Shown: positions 35,960-49,420, numbered from the stretch's first letter. The stretch: 64,000 bases of DNA from Octopus sinensis (GCF_006345805.1 NC_042999.1:169198001-169262000); one strand, 5' to 3'. The notes: a model not told the origin generated them from the sequence alone. Numbers and translations are program-made.

Positions 35960-36545
35960 AGAATCCAAGGTGGAGAATTTTGAGAATGTCTTACAAATCT
36001 CCACTTTGGCCAGGTCTTCTAGGGATGGGGGGAAACAATTCTGATCCATAGGGGAGAATGGAGAGTACCAATGTATTGTAGATACAGAGCTTCATCTTCT
36101 GGGAAATAAAGCAGGGGTGCCAGAGGGGCTTCCATAGGGTGTTTGTGAGCCTAGTGGCTGGACCACATCTGCAGTTTGACTATGGAGCCCAGGTAAATGA
36201 AGCAGCTGACAAACTCAGTGACATCGGGTCCAATATGGAGAAGCCATCTCCAACATGCATGGTCTTCACTCAACTCACCTGAAGGACAAGCTTTGCTAAT
36301 TCTCATCATTGTATCCTTGAACTGGTCGATTGAGTTGATGAATAGGGTGGTATTGTCTGCATACTCCAAGTCAATAAGGACGTGATTAGGGAAGATCTCC
36401 AGAGGTTCAATGTCACATTGGAGGATGCAGAGGGATTGGCAGAGAACTGCCAGCAATAGAGATTGCTGGTGGACCTGGTCAGCTCTAAGCATAAGACACT
36501 TCTAGGACCACTAACTTGGTATGACCCTAACCCCATCAAACAAGA
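35960..36545. mobile_element. RTE LINE copy with inverted 5' part (RT on -, 3' end on +)
   Basis: Minus: LIDLEYADN, FIYLGSIV, KLCIYNTLVLSILPYGSE; plus from ~36370: DVIREDLQRFNVTLEDAEGLAEN. Confidence 0.65.
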
Positions 36546-36549
36546 GTGT

Positions 36550-36900
36550 GATGTCAACTTTGAAGCCAAGCTTTACAAATTTTCACTATGCCTCTAATAG
36601 ATTGGATTTGGAGAATCTGCGGCAGTTTCGTTTGCTCTTTTTCTGTGAAACCAACTATTTCTAGATTTTTGTGCAAATCTTTTAGTAAATAACCAAACAC
36701 TCTTATGATGATAGGCACAAATGTGAATTCATAATCAGGATACAAGAGCCGTATGTTCCACATTAGTTCGCCGTAAATGTTCTCTTTTTCCTGGACTTCT
36801 GAATGTATGTTGGGCAACTGATCTCTACTACAGTGCATGACTTTTATTCTCTGTCTGACTGAACCATATCAGGTCTGTTATGTTGGTATTGAATTGATGT
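36550..36900 (-). mobile_element. R4/Dong-like LINE C-terminus
   Basis: ORF 36554..36838 EKENIYGELMWNIRLLYPDYEFTFVPIII, homologous to 28330-28920. Confidence 0.75.
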
Positions 36901-38280
36901 TTTTTTATTGGGTTGTTCCACTTGTATTCCTTGTTTTTAAAGTTGTGAATACTTGCTGGTTCTGACATGCTTTTGATTTATACGTCAAGGCAGTCGTTCC
37001 TGCTGATAGCATTGTATGCATATAATTCTATCACATACAAACATACATATTGTCCTTTACACTAAAAATACACTAAATTTCTTCAAATTCAGCAGCTGAC
37101 AGAAGCAATTTTGGATTATCTTTTGATATTTTGTGTTGCTTAAGTGTAGAAAGTATGTTTTTTCTTCTTTTTTTTAAAGAAACCATGTAGAATTTTTTAA
37201 AAGACTTCAGGCAGACCACCTTTATGAAATCTCGCAGTATAGAATGTGGCCCTCTTGAACATGGGATAATGATTATATGAATTCTTAAAATGCTGAAACC
37301 AAGCTGTAGCAGTCAAAGGCTCCTTTGACTGATACAGCTTGGTTTCAGCATTTTAAGAATTCATGTAATCATTATCCCAATTTTTCAACTCTGCTAAGTC
37401 TCTACAGCTTGTGACATATCCTCTGATTAACCTTGTCAAAAGCCTTTGTAAAATCAAGACATATCCCATCCACATTTGAGTTATTCATTAGTTGTTTCAG
37501 TCATAATGCTTCCAAATCTGTGTAAGACAGCTTCTCTTTGGGAAGAAGCCATGCAAGGCAGGGCTGGATTTATGGGTAGGGGGCAATTGCCCCAGGCATC
37601 TAGATATTGGTAGGGGGCGGGGGGCACTACTAGGCTGGATGTGTAGCACTTGATGCAAGAAGGCCCTCTCCATCTCCCAGCAGTTAGGCATGAAGAGGTT
37701 CTCTTTCAATATACAAAGGTATCTTGACTTCTTAAAAAAGTAATGGATTCTCTTTTATGATAGCCACTTTAGAGACATCAAATAATTCAGTTAAAAAACA
37801 GTTTATAGCCCCAAAAGCACTTATAATTCCAAAGGAATTATAGTAGCTGCTTTTGGGATGGAAAATGGAAACAACAGAGCACCTTTGAAAATGTATGTAT
37901 GTATGCATCTGTTTGTGTGTGTGTGTGTGTGTGTAAGTATATATAAATGATTATAAAGATAAAGAGATTGATAGAAAAATGTTATTGTCTCTTGGCCCAA
38001 ATTCTTTCTTTCAATGCATAACTGGGCTTGACCTTGGATTGACCAATAGTGGTTAAAGGAACACACAAACACATTTCTACTTGCAAATTTATTTCAGTGA
38101 GGCTTTGAAAGCAAGTAAGTAAAGAAAACTTTTGAATTTAGTTTTAATTATAAAATTACATCTCTCAGCAACTAAAAGCATTCTTTTTCAGCTTTAGAAT
38201 TATTGCATATATATTCAAATGTTTCCTAAAATTGAACCTTTTTTCTTATTTTTTATATATTTTTTGTCATTCTGTCAAAC

Positions 38281-38360
38281 ACTTGGAATTACTATATAGA
38301 AGTGGGGCAAAATTGGTAACACTTGGAATTCCTATATAGAAGTGGGGCAAAATTGGTAAC
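38281..38360 (+). repeat. 40-bp tandem duplication
   Basis: acttggaatt[a/c]ctatatagaagtggggcaaaattggtaac x2, 1 mismatch. Confidence 0.95.
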
Positions 38361-39009
38361 TGGGTCGAAATCAATAATTTCTGATTTTTGTTACTTTCTC
38401 TCATTTTGTTCCATTGCATCATCTTTGGGAGTAAAATTTGGTCAGTAAAGGTTACATAGTTGAGAGTAAAAATTGGTCAGTATAGTATTGTTAATGAAGT
38501 TGAAAGTTTGAAACATAGACGGATGTTTATGTGTATGGCATTTTTTTTTCTTTTCAAATTTAATTCTAGAGAACTGGAGCCATGTCTTATCCATTTTGCC
38601 CCACCTAAATTTGACTTTTATATGCTCAAAGAGAGCAGAGATAATTTTCTGAAATTGTGTTCTGAATATGTTATAGGTTTTACTATGTTTAGAGAAGGTC
38701 TTTACTTTGCTGATATAGTTTTGGCAAAGTAGTGAACATTTGCAAAACATATACTTTCTTCAAAGTCAAAAATGCAGTAAATATTACTCATTGTGCTCCA
38801 CCTGCACTTACTGGAAACTGGAAAAGCAGACTTTCACAAATAGCCTGTTTGAATTCCATGTTTTTGTTGAGGTTTCCCTTGCTTCTTATTTCTTTTTTCA
38901 TGCATTGCAAAACAATGAAGGGAAGTCATTTTAAAAGAAGAATTTTTAAAATCCATGTCTTTTAAATGTTGGATTCTCTACTCCAGCTCTCTCTCTCTCT
39001 GTCTCTCCG

Positions 39010-39042
<33 letters not shown>

Positions 39043-39687
39043 TCATAGTTTTGGAACAGCAACAACCACAAAAATGGTTTTCTATTTTGTAATTTTCTGT
39101 CATTTTATCTTATTCTACATTCAGAAACATGTAACTCACATTCAAAGAAAAAAAAAATCTTGCCCCACTCTTCCCTCTTTCATTCTACTTTTCACAATGA
39201 AGGAAAAGTCAAACACTGCAATTGGGTGTGTGAAAAATGAAACTTGAATTCTTTGATAAAGTCTATCTATAAAGCAACATTTAGTCATTTATTTAAACTT
39301 TCTCTGCTAACTCATCACTTATCATCACAGGATATGCATAATATACAGTCAGTGTGCCATTTTCTTCAAATAGTGGCTTTATATTATACCACACTGAGGC
39401 AGACTTTTGCAGATCTGTTGAAGGGTTTAGGGTTCATTTACTGTTTTTACAGCCCAGACATGTTTTCTGTTCTCTCCTTTTCAAGGGAATGTTTGAGGAA
39501 TTTAAGACCAGCTGCCCCTGCAAATTACTATATACTAATGAACTCATTCTGATAGCAAAATCTGTAACAGAATTAGAAAAAGAATTCGAGTGGTTTTAGG
39601 ATATCATTTTTAGTAGGGTACTGCCTTGTATTTCAGAAAATGAAATGTTGTTTATGCATGCAGGGAGAGAAAGTTTCATCCCTAATA

Positions 39688-40085
39688 GGCGCAGGAGTGG
39701 CTGTGTGGTAAGTAGCTTGCTAACCAACCACACGGTTCCGGGTTCAGTCCCACTGCGTGGCATCTTGGGCAAGTGTCTTCTGCTATAGCCCCGGGCCGAC
39801 CAATGCCTTGTGAGTGGATTTGGTAGACAGAAACTGAAAGAAGCCTGTTGTATATATGTATATATATGTATGTGTTCGTGTGTCTGTCTTTGTCCCCCTA
39901 GCATTGCTTGACAGCCGATGCTGGTGTGTTTACGTCCCCGTCACTTAGCGGTTCGGCAAAAGAGACCGATAGATTAAGTACTGGGCTTACAAAGAATAAG
40001 TCCCGGGGTCGATTTGCTCGACTAAAGGCGGTGCTCCAGCATGGCCGCAGTCAAATGACTGAAACAAGTAAAAGAGTAAAGAGTA
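39688..40085 (+). mobile_element. SINE family 1 copy (short internal microsatellite)
   Basis: Full length, high identity. Confidence 0.9.
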
Positions 40086-40493
40086 ATATTTAAATGTTAG
40101 CTCTTGGTGTGATGATGTTTAGTTTTTCAGTGATGCAAAACTAAAATTTGCTGTCATGTCCCTTGTATTTGTTGGTTTTAGCAATAATGCTCCAGTTTAT
40201 TTGGGGGTTGCTCACTCTCCTCTTTTTCAGTGTCTATACTATTTTGGATAGGGATGTTGTGTGGGTTTTTTTTTTTTTTTGTTCCTGAATGACATTAATT
40301 GTTGTGTTTATCTTACTTTGAAAGAGTTTCCTGTCATTCAGATATATGTTTTTGTTACTGCATTCAAATCCATGATATTGCCCTTTACTTCTTTAGTTTT
40401 CCACCAGTACCAAGGTTACACATTAGTGACATATGATTAGCTTAGTTGAAATCCTTGGCAAAGTTGAGGTATACCACAATCATATTTGAGTAT

Positions 40494-40724
40494 AGGCGGC
40501 GAGCTGGCAGAAACGTTAGCACATCGGGCGAAATGCTTAGCGGTATTGCGTCTGTCATTGCGTTCTGAGTTCAAATTCCGCCGAGGTCGACTTTGCCTTT
40601 CACCCTTTCGGGGTTGATAAATTAAGTACCAGTTACGCACTGGGGTCGATGTAATCGACTTAATCCGTTTGTCTGTCCTTGTTTGTCCCCTCTATGTTTA
40701 GCCCCTTGTGGGCAATAAAGAAAC
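40494..40724 (+). mobile_element. tRNA-derived SINE family 3, full length
   Basis: A-box-like gagctggcagaa, B box gagttcaaattcc, central cgactttgcctttca.cctttcgggg.tgataaattaagtacc shared with many copies (17990, 18250, 22750, 50900-51620, 55750). Confidence 0.85.
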
Positions 40725-40739
40725 ACATATTTGAGTGTT

Positions 40740-41560
40740 TGAGCTGTTGTTTCAGTACCTAGTCATAATGCCATAGTAGCTATGTGGAGGCAGCTCCTTC
40801 CTTGGTGGAAGCCATGTTGCATGTTTGTGAATAAGTTATTTTCTTGTAGGTACATTATCAGTCACTTACTAACAGTGTGTTCCCTGACTTTACTAACATG
40901 AGGTCAAAGAGATAGGCTACTTTTAGCGACTGCTTTGGTTTCCCCTTTTAATTTTCTGGGAAGTTTGCCACATACAATGCGACTCTACAGTGGTTTTGCA
41001 AGAGCTGTTTTGCATGTCTTTAAAAGAAAAACTGGAAATCCATCTGGGCCCATTGCTGAATTCAAGTTCGTCCTATTAAAGGCTGATATTATATCTTCCT
41101 GTGCATTTATGTAAGTGATGGTTGCTTCTTTCTCATGGAGAGCTGCAGTTCAAGAACTCATCAGGCTTGCTTATTGGTATATTTCCCTGTAGGAAGATGA
41201 TAATACTTTGGAGTTGTTTATTTAGTATTTCATTTATCCTCATGGGTTCTGCAGTCAATAAGACATTTTCTTCAAACAGCAACCCTATCTTTTAGCACAT
41301 GAAAGAAGATTCTTTTGTAAACTTGTAGGAGGCTTCAGGATTCCCTTTTTTCACTTGGGAGGATTTGAGTTTATTTTTATCTCTAAAAGTTCCTTTTAGA
41401 TTGGGTTATCTGTCATTTAGTTGTGTATTTAAGTAATTTTAGAAATTTATATTTTCTATCTCATAAGGACTCGTCTGTCTTAAGATATAATGTTTTTATG
41501 AGTATTGGCTCTCCTCTCTAGGTCAAACTTAATACATGTACCTCACCTTATTGACCTAAT
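40740..41560 (-). mobile_element. CR1/Jockey-group LINE RT N-terminal remnant
   Basis: SAMGPDGFPVFLLKTCKTALAKPL, PISLTS, YLQENNLFTNMQHGFHQGRSC. Confidence 0.75.
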
Positions 41561-41699
41561 TTCTTTGAGTTTAATATCAATATCTTGTGTAGAGATACTT
41601 TGAGGCCAATTTTACTTGAGTATTTGGTTTTCATTTAATTTCCACTCAGCTATGTAGAAGTTTAGACTTGATAGTAATTGCTATACACTTCTAATTAGT

Positions 41700-42758
41700 T
41701 ATGCTTCATACTTCACCACCTCATCCCATGTCTTCCTGGGTTTCCCTTTACCCTGGATTCCTTCCACTGTTTGGGAGTGGCACATTTTACACAGCTCTCC
41801 TCATCCATCTGCAGTACATGACCATACCAATGCAAACGTCTCTCTTGCACGCCACATCCGATGCTTCTTATGTCTAACATTTCCCTCAGGGTGATTACAC
41901 TCTATCGTGTTTGCACACTGACATTATACATCCAGTGGATCATGCTAGCTTCATTTCTTTCTAGCCTGCACATGTCTTCAGCAGTCACAGCCCATGTTTC
42001 ACTGCCGTGAAGCATGGCAGTTTGCACACATCATACAGTCTACCTTTCACTCTGAGCGAGAGGCCCTTTGTCACTAGTAGGGGTAGAAGCTTTCTAAACT
42101 TTGCTCAGGCTATTCTTATTCTAGTGGTAACACTCTCTGACCATCCACCCCACTACAAACTTGGTCACCTAGGTAGTGGAGGCTATCAACTACTTCTAGT
42201 TACTCCCCCTGGCATGTGATGGAATCTGTTTTCTGAGCATCTGTGGTGTTTATTGCTCCTGTGCATCTGCTGCACGCGAAAGCTATCTTCCCGGTTCATC
42301 TTCCTTTGATGTTGCTGCACTTCTTATGTGTCCATAGCTTACACTGGGTACATCTTATAGAGTTTCTACCTATGCCTTTTCTACAGATTGAGCAGGGCCA
42401 CCTACCTGAAGGGGTGTGTAATGTGTTTGCCTTCCTACATACTAGAACTTTGGTCTTTGCAACATTGACTCTAAGGCCCTTCGATTCTAAATTTCTTCTC
42501 TAGTTCTTGTAGTGATTCTGGTATGAGGGCCAGGTCATCAGCATAGAGGATTTCCAAGGGGTAACTTGTCTTGAATTCCTCTGTTATTGCCTGGAGGACT
42601 ATAATGAATAAGAGGAGGCTGAGGGCTGATCCTTGGTGGACCCTTACTTCTACCTGGAATTCTTCACTATACTCATTGCCAATCCGAACCCTACTAACGG
42701 TATCTCTGTATAGGGCCTGTACATCTCTTATTAACCATTTGTCAGTCTCCAGTTTCCA
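41700..42758 (-). mobile_element. RTE-type LINE RT fragment, sister of 24300-27100, PHD-like insert intact
   Basis: VRVHQGSALSLLLF, EILYADD, GRWPCSICRKGIGRNSIRCTQCKLWTHKKCS. Confidence 0.87.
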
Positions 42759-44708
42759 CACTGCCCACCAGATAACAGCTATTTAATGTGCATAAAGGAA
42801 AAATTAGATATACATAGGTGCAATTTTTAATGGACATATGTCTTTTTTTTAATAAAGTTGTGGGTGTAAATGCAGATTAGCTTATAAGAATTAAGCTTGG
42901 TGATAACAAAATATGAATCCAAATCTCTGTTCATTGTAGTCATTCATTCTGATCATCTTATTACTGCAAGAATTCCTCTTTTTTGATGATCTCTTGTGCA
43001 CAGCTTCTGGAATGTCTTTCATCAAGCTTCAACAGTAGCCTGTCATCATGTTTGAGTCCTATTGGCTTCAGTATCATTCTTGCTTAACTTTTACATCTTG
43101 ATGAAAGTGTTCACCTTGCTCTTCACTAACATTACCCAGTTCTCTGGAAACTCACTCAAGTGCGGATTTAATGCTCATTCTACAGCAAAGTACTTGCAAA
43201 CTCAAGAGCAGTTCCTCCATAATCTTTTGGTAGTTGTTAGCTTTCCTGTTCCCAAGGAAATTCCACATCAGAAAAGGCATTCCGAGTTCTAGCCTCCACT
43301 GCATCATGCTGATCCTTAAGGAGTGTTCTGCCTTCTTGTCACTGAGATTTGGAAAGGTTGTACATATATATCTGGGGCAGTCTTCATTATGATCAAGAGC
43401 TTTGATGAATTGCTTCGTCACAGCAAGTTTTATGTGCAATGGTAGGGAAGACAATGTTTTTCCTTTCAACTAGAGTGTCATTAATGACATTTTTATCACC
43501 TAGTATCAGACTGTTTCTTGAGGGAGGGGCATTCTTTCTTCACCCAGTGATCCTTTGTATCCCTGTTGCAGTAGCACAGAAAACAAGAATAGTTAATGTA
43601 ACCTCCTTGCTAGCCCAGTAGAAGGTTTACTACTTTCAAACTGACACAAATTACCCATCTATGAACATTATATTGCAACCTCTCCAGAACAGTATTGTTG
43701 TTGGCATACTCTTTTCATTTCTATAAAGTGTCCTATTGTGATTGAGCCATACAAATACCTATTGTGAAATAAAACACACTTCAAGCTGCTTTTAGAGCTG
43801 TCAATAAAAAGTCTCAACTCATGTGAATTATATGCCAGCAGTCTCATATTGAGAAGAAGCTCTTCAACATCATTACAATAATCAGGCTGACCATCTGAAT
43901 GGAAGTACTTTCACAGTTTTGCTTCTCTGTTACAATAAAAGGAGACTCAAGTGCCAGGTTTCGGCAGTCTTTTCTCTTGCAACCTGGAAGCCAACAGTTC
44001 AACCGACTGCTTTGGCAAATACAAATCCCTGACCAGATCATTCAATTTGGGCTGGCTAAACAGAAAATGATCACAGTCTGTATCAGATGGCATAAACTGT
44101 TCATCTTCATCAGTAGTAAGTGAATTAAGGGCTTCGTCATCAATTTGTGGAAGCTCAATAAATACAGACACATTCCTTGGAGTGTGCAGCCAGTCAATGG
44201 ACAGATGGGATATCTGGGTATTGCAAGTCTTTTGATTTTCATATTGAACCCTTTTACATTAACAAGGCAGAAGTAGCAGTTATCCACGTGGTTTGTTGGT
44301 TCTCTCCAAACCATTGGCACACCACACTTGAGCTTTGCATTCTTTCCTTGAGTCTGTGGAGTAAGATATTGAGGTCATTACAACACTTCCTTCTTTTTGA
44401 TGTTGTATCCAGAACTAGATCACTGTGGTTCAGTTTACACCTGAAAAGAGAAAGGGTCTTAAAGCAAAACTCAGCTCGAGCACATTATTCAAAGTTAGCA
44501 TGATAATCCAGCCAAAATTCCTGCAAATAGTGGTGTAATGTTAACTTTTGGTATGGTCCTGGTAAATAAAGGTATATACTGATGGCACAAAAATGTGATG
44601 TAATAGAGCAAATCTGAGGTCAATTTTGGAATCAGCACCCAAAAATTAGTCTAAAATAGCTCTAAGAATTTGTGCCAGAGAAGAAAATATTTATTTTGCT
44701 GGCCAGTG
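42759..44708 (-). mobile_element. Chapaev/CMC-type DNA transposon remnant
   Basis: PMVWREPTNHVDNCYFC, FSQPKLNDLVRDL, PLHIKLAVTKQFIKAL, FLGNRKANNY; both ends begin CACTG with an imperfect short TIR. The superfamily name comes from motif recall. Confidence 0.65.
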
Positions 44709-45106
44709 TATTATAATTCTGCTTGTATGTTTGTTCACACATTACACTTTAGTTTGTTAGAGAAAGGAGGAAGTGGAGTGAGAGTGACAGAGAGAGAGAG
44801 GGAAAGAGAGAGAAAGAAAGAAAAATGTTAACTACATTTGTTGAAGTAAGAGGTAAAGAAGAAGAAGAGAGAGAGAGAGAGAGAGAAATATTAAGTGGTT
44901 AGCAGAGGAAAATTTTAAAATCATATAATATAATACTGTGACTGAAAGTGAAATAACTTAGCAAAATAGCCATGAATGTTATTTTTGTTTTTTAATTGCA
45001 CTGGAATTGAAACTAATCATGTAAATAAAACATTGTATATATTCTCTATATCATTTTGTGTACATTAATAGTATATAATGTAAAGTAATAATGATAAAAT
45101 ATTGCA

Positions 45107-45245
45107 TAGCGGTTCGGCAAAAGAGACCGATAGAATAAGTACTGGGCTTACAAAGAATAAGTCCCGGGGTTGATTTGCTCGACTAAAAGCGGTGCTCCAG
45201 CATGGCCGCAGTCAATGACTGAAACAAGTAAAAGAGTAAAAGAGT
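45107..45245 (+). mobile_element. SINE family 1 3' fragment
   Basis: tagcggttcggcaaaagagaccgatag...gtaaaagagtaaaagag. Confidence 0.88.
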
Positions 45246-46438
45246 AATAAGGAATATGCAATTATATATTGATCTTGCAGTTTCAATAGAATTAAATACT
45301 AACAAATGATATATCTATTAAGTTTTATATAGATTGTTGTATATTTTTCAGTCATTTATTGAGCAGCCAACAATAAGATTTATATGCAATAAAAATGCAA
45401 TACGTCCTTTCTTTCTTAAATAACTCTTATTTTTTTTTATTCCATGGAATTTCCATGGGTCCTGCTAGTATTTGATATTAGAAATGCCTCAATATTATCA
45501 GCATTTGAAATCAACTTGGGATTTCCTTTCAACAATCCGTATTGTAATCATTTTAGAGTTAACTTAATTCATTGATTTAAATCTTATAATCTGAGAAATC
45601 TAATGGTGTAAATAAATATATCAGTATTCTCATTTTGGTTTGAAGATTTCATAGATTGGAAAAATTTTATTCCAATTATTACACAGTCTGAGAGAATTCC
45701 TGTTTGCTACCTTTTTTCTATTTCTATTATATTCTTATGTGATCAAGTAATTTGTTTAAGTTTACTAAATTTAAATCTTTTACAAGGAGAACATTCTTAT
45801 TTTACATGTAAATTTCCTCATAATATTTAGTTAATATAATAATAACTTTGAAAATCTATCATTATCTTAAACTATTTTAATTTCTTAATTCTATCAAATG
45901 ATAGTGTTGTGCTGTGATGTCATCTTGTTAAAGTAAAAGATGGATTAGATCCATCATTGAATTTAACATGCAGTCATAACAACATTTTTTTGTTTTTCCT
46001 AAGCACAAAGGAGGTAAAAAATCTGAAATGTTGATTTTTTATTTTCATGAAATCCCTTTCCCAATTACATTAGAAGTATGATCTAATCAAAAGTTTACCT
46101 CCTTTTTTACAACACTCACATTAATAACAACATCAACATTATGATATGAACTTGCTTCCCTCCATTTGTTCCTTAATAATTTTTAACTTCAATGCTTTGA
46201 GAAAGTTGCAAGCTGAACCAATACAACCCAAACTAATATGGCATTCAGTGGTGTTTTACCAATAAAACAGTAGATTCACATATTTAATGATGAACATTGT
46301 GATATGTCTTCATGGATTTTCTGAGAATGCTTCTAATTGAATGAGCCATAACAAAATAATGTTGTGAAAAGTGTTGGATTCAATCTCTTTAAAGACAGAA
46401 ATATTCTCTTTACTATTTTTTTTGCTTTGTTTATTTAG

Positions 46439-46566
46439 AAAATCTTCTCCGTGGAAGCATTGCAACAGATCAGGACAGTCGATCCAGTTGGCCTGAGCGT
46501 AGCCGTGGTAGTGTGGTACATTTTCCAGATAGTGAATGTTCTGATGATGAAGATAGTCCTTCTGAG
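46439..46566 (+). CDS. scrib: Scribble exon H: (E)NLLRGSIATDQDSRSSWPERSRGSVVHFPDSECSDDEDSPSE
   Basis: ttatttAG acceptor, GTTAGT donor at 46567; phase 1/0; GC-richer open frame within AT-rich intron. Confidence 0.88.
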
Positions 46567-46821
46567 GTTAGTTTTTCTTATTTTGCTTAACAAGATTCTT
46601 GTATAGTTGACAAATTATACTTCCTTAATTGGCTCTATCTACTATACTCTAATCACTCGTCTATCAGTTACATCCCCTAACTATTTTATGTCCTTCAACT
46701 AACTTTCTAAACTAGTTGTTTTCAAACAGAGTATTATGTCATTTTGTGTTGCTAACGTTTTTCACTTATTTAAAAAAGACAATGATGATGATGATTCGTC
46801 AAAGTAAACTGGTTGGCTTAA

Positions 46822-48053
46822 CCCTTTCGTTACTGTATTTCTGACCAAAATACACCCCTCATGAGTTTCAATTAAATTCTAAAATAATCATGAATTTAGG
46901 CTTGTTTCATTAAATAACTGTAACTTTTTTACTTATCAACATATTAATGTGATATTTGGAACATAATTAAAGAAAGGGTTCTTAATCAATTCTATTGTAT
47001 AACTTTTGTCTCAAAGTGACTTTAATTACAGGTAAATCCAGGTAAATTGAGCAAAAGGTAAAACTATAAAAATTTTTTTAAACGTCACCATAGAAAATGA
47101 ATCATCAGCTAATATTCAAATGGGTATGCAACAAAATTTTGATAAAGAAGAATTGTGCATATCACTAGATCCTCAGTTGAATTTAATGCACAACAGGTGT
47201 ACCATAAAGGTGGAATAAACTGAAATACTGGAATCCACCGCAAGTTTGACCGAACTAAAGAAATCGGTCAAAAAATAATATACGGCCCTGGTTATGGTAT
47301 GGAAGTGATAAATTCCAGACCACATCATACCCTAAGCCATGCTGACTAACATTAGTTTCCCTGTATAAAAACTAAATCCACAACAGTACCCAGTATTTGC
47401 TTCACAAATTTTCCAAACTTTTGTGTTTGTTTACAATCTGTGTAAATTTGTTTCCGAAGTGATTGCTTCAAACTAGCATACTGAAAAAATAAAAGTCTAA
47501 TAGTTTCGCCTCCTAAGAAAGACTATAGATAAACTTTATCTCCTCAGAAAAATTGCTAATAAAAACATTTTTAAAGTTTTTTTTACTTCATTCCGATGTA
47601 AACTCGTCTTTGCTGTCGCTATCGCCGATTTGTTTCTTCAGAATCGCTGCTTTCATTTTCGGATAAAAAAATCTTATTCATTATTTTGTACACCACGTGC
47701 TTCTGTACCAATTTCATTCTTTTTCTCGATATCTCCCTATTTTCCGTTGAAAAAGCTTTAAATTCGGAATCAATGCTTGATAACATGAAACTCCTATCCA
47801 TTTTCAAAGTTGAAGAAAAATCGATGCCGGAAAAAAATGTGGAAAAAAATCTCCCAAAATTCACTGAGTTGAGATATCACTTCAAGCAATGTCGGATACT
47901 ATAACTTAACTATTTACAATGTGAAATCACATGTTTTAACGAATGTGCCAACGAGATTTGGGTTCAAATTTACATTTAAATAACAACAGGTTCTCATGGC
48001 CGGGTTGGTATTATGAACCAAAAAATTTTTCGGCCAGGGTAGTAACGAAAGGG
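46822..48053. mobile_element. Non-autonomous piggyBac-like element (1232 bp)
   Basis: TTAA-CCCTTTCGTTACT ... AGTAACGAAAGGG-TTAA: perfect 13-bp TIRs and TTAA target duplication; no transposase ORF. Confidence 0.9.
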
Positions 48054-49420
48054 TTAAGATACAGTTAAAATTCAGTTTTAAACTGATATTTTTATGAACA
48101 TCCAACCATGATTAGCCTGATTTTTTTTCTACCTTTGGGTAAGTAGTAGGAGGGTATGACTTACCTGTGATGTTTGAAGAGCAAGTCCAGTATATGAGTA
48201 ATTAGTTAATCACATAGCAATCACTGTCTAGATTTGCTAATTGCTAGATAAATACTTTTTAAGAACAAGAGAAACACTGTAAGGTTCATAGATGTTGAGC
48301 CAGAGGTTTCATTAAATAGTAATTGTGAATATATATGACAAAGACAGGTAGAAGTAGTCAGGAATTTTGAGCTCATCATATTGCAAGCATTTCATTGTCA
48401 TTTGGCAAGGTACTTGTTTATATTTGTTTTTGTTTGTCTAATTAAAGAATAATTATCAAGCCTTCTGTGAAATTTCTCTCCAGTACTTATTTCTTAACAA
48501 GGATTATATTTACTTATGAGCTATTGTTAATTATGGAAGCATTAACTATTATTCCATGATGCTGCAGAATTTGCTGATCTTTGTGCATAGCCATAGTTGT
48601 AGGTACTGGACTAAGCAAAATGGTCAGTAGTTTATATTCTTGATGCTTACTCAGTTGTAGGTAGTTAATATTGGCTGGTCAAATCTATTTATTCCTCTTA
48701 ATAAAAGTAACTCTGCAAACTCACCAAGTGCTTCTTGGCTTGTTGTGCTTAGTTCAACTTTTACAGATGTGAACAAATGGCTTGGGTCCCACTGATTTCA
48801 TCCTATATGCTCAGATCTACCATATTTGTAGTTATGATCTTTAATTTACTGTCCTGAAGATGGACAAGGTTTTTGTTTATACAACTGTACCCCACCTATT
48901 TCCAACCGTGAAACCTGTTGCTCTACAAAATAAACAGCACGATTGAAACTTATCTTTCCCAAATTGCATCCCTCAGAAACTTCTTTTTCTACTGTACATA
49001 TATATACATAATTAAAAAGGAATGTAAAAATACATTATGAGGATATATCATAATTTGTAATTATTTATGAATATATCAATGGCCAAACATGTAATCATAA
49101 ATCTCATAAAGGAAGTGTGTATAATTATGACTGCTATTTCTAGACGTTTTAGGGTTTTTGCAACCCTCTCCCTTATAATTGTGATTTATTCATAATTATA
49201 CACACTTCTTATATCTATATATACCAGCTGGTAAAAAAAACTTTTTTAAAATAGATTATCAATTGATTTCTCTTTCTTCTTCTCATAATGCTCTCCTTCC
49301 ACAAGATATGGTTACATTAGCTGTGAAGATACCCATTCTCTTTTAGTTCAGAAGCCAATTTCTTTGTTTTATTTTAATATTCTTAATTCTTAACACTTCA
49401 CTATTACTATATCTCCATAG

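Noticed and set aside
37570-37625. G-run cluster as a G-quadruplex or hAT-like end
   Set aside because: One loop is ~28 nt and no partner TIR was found; weak on both counts.
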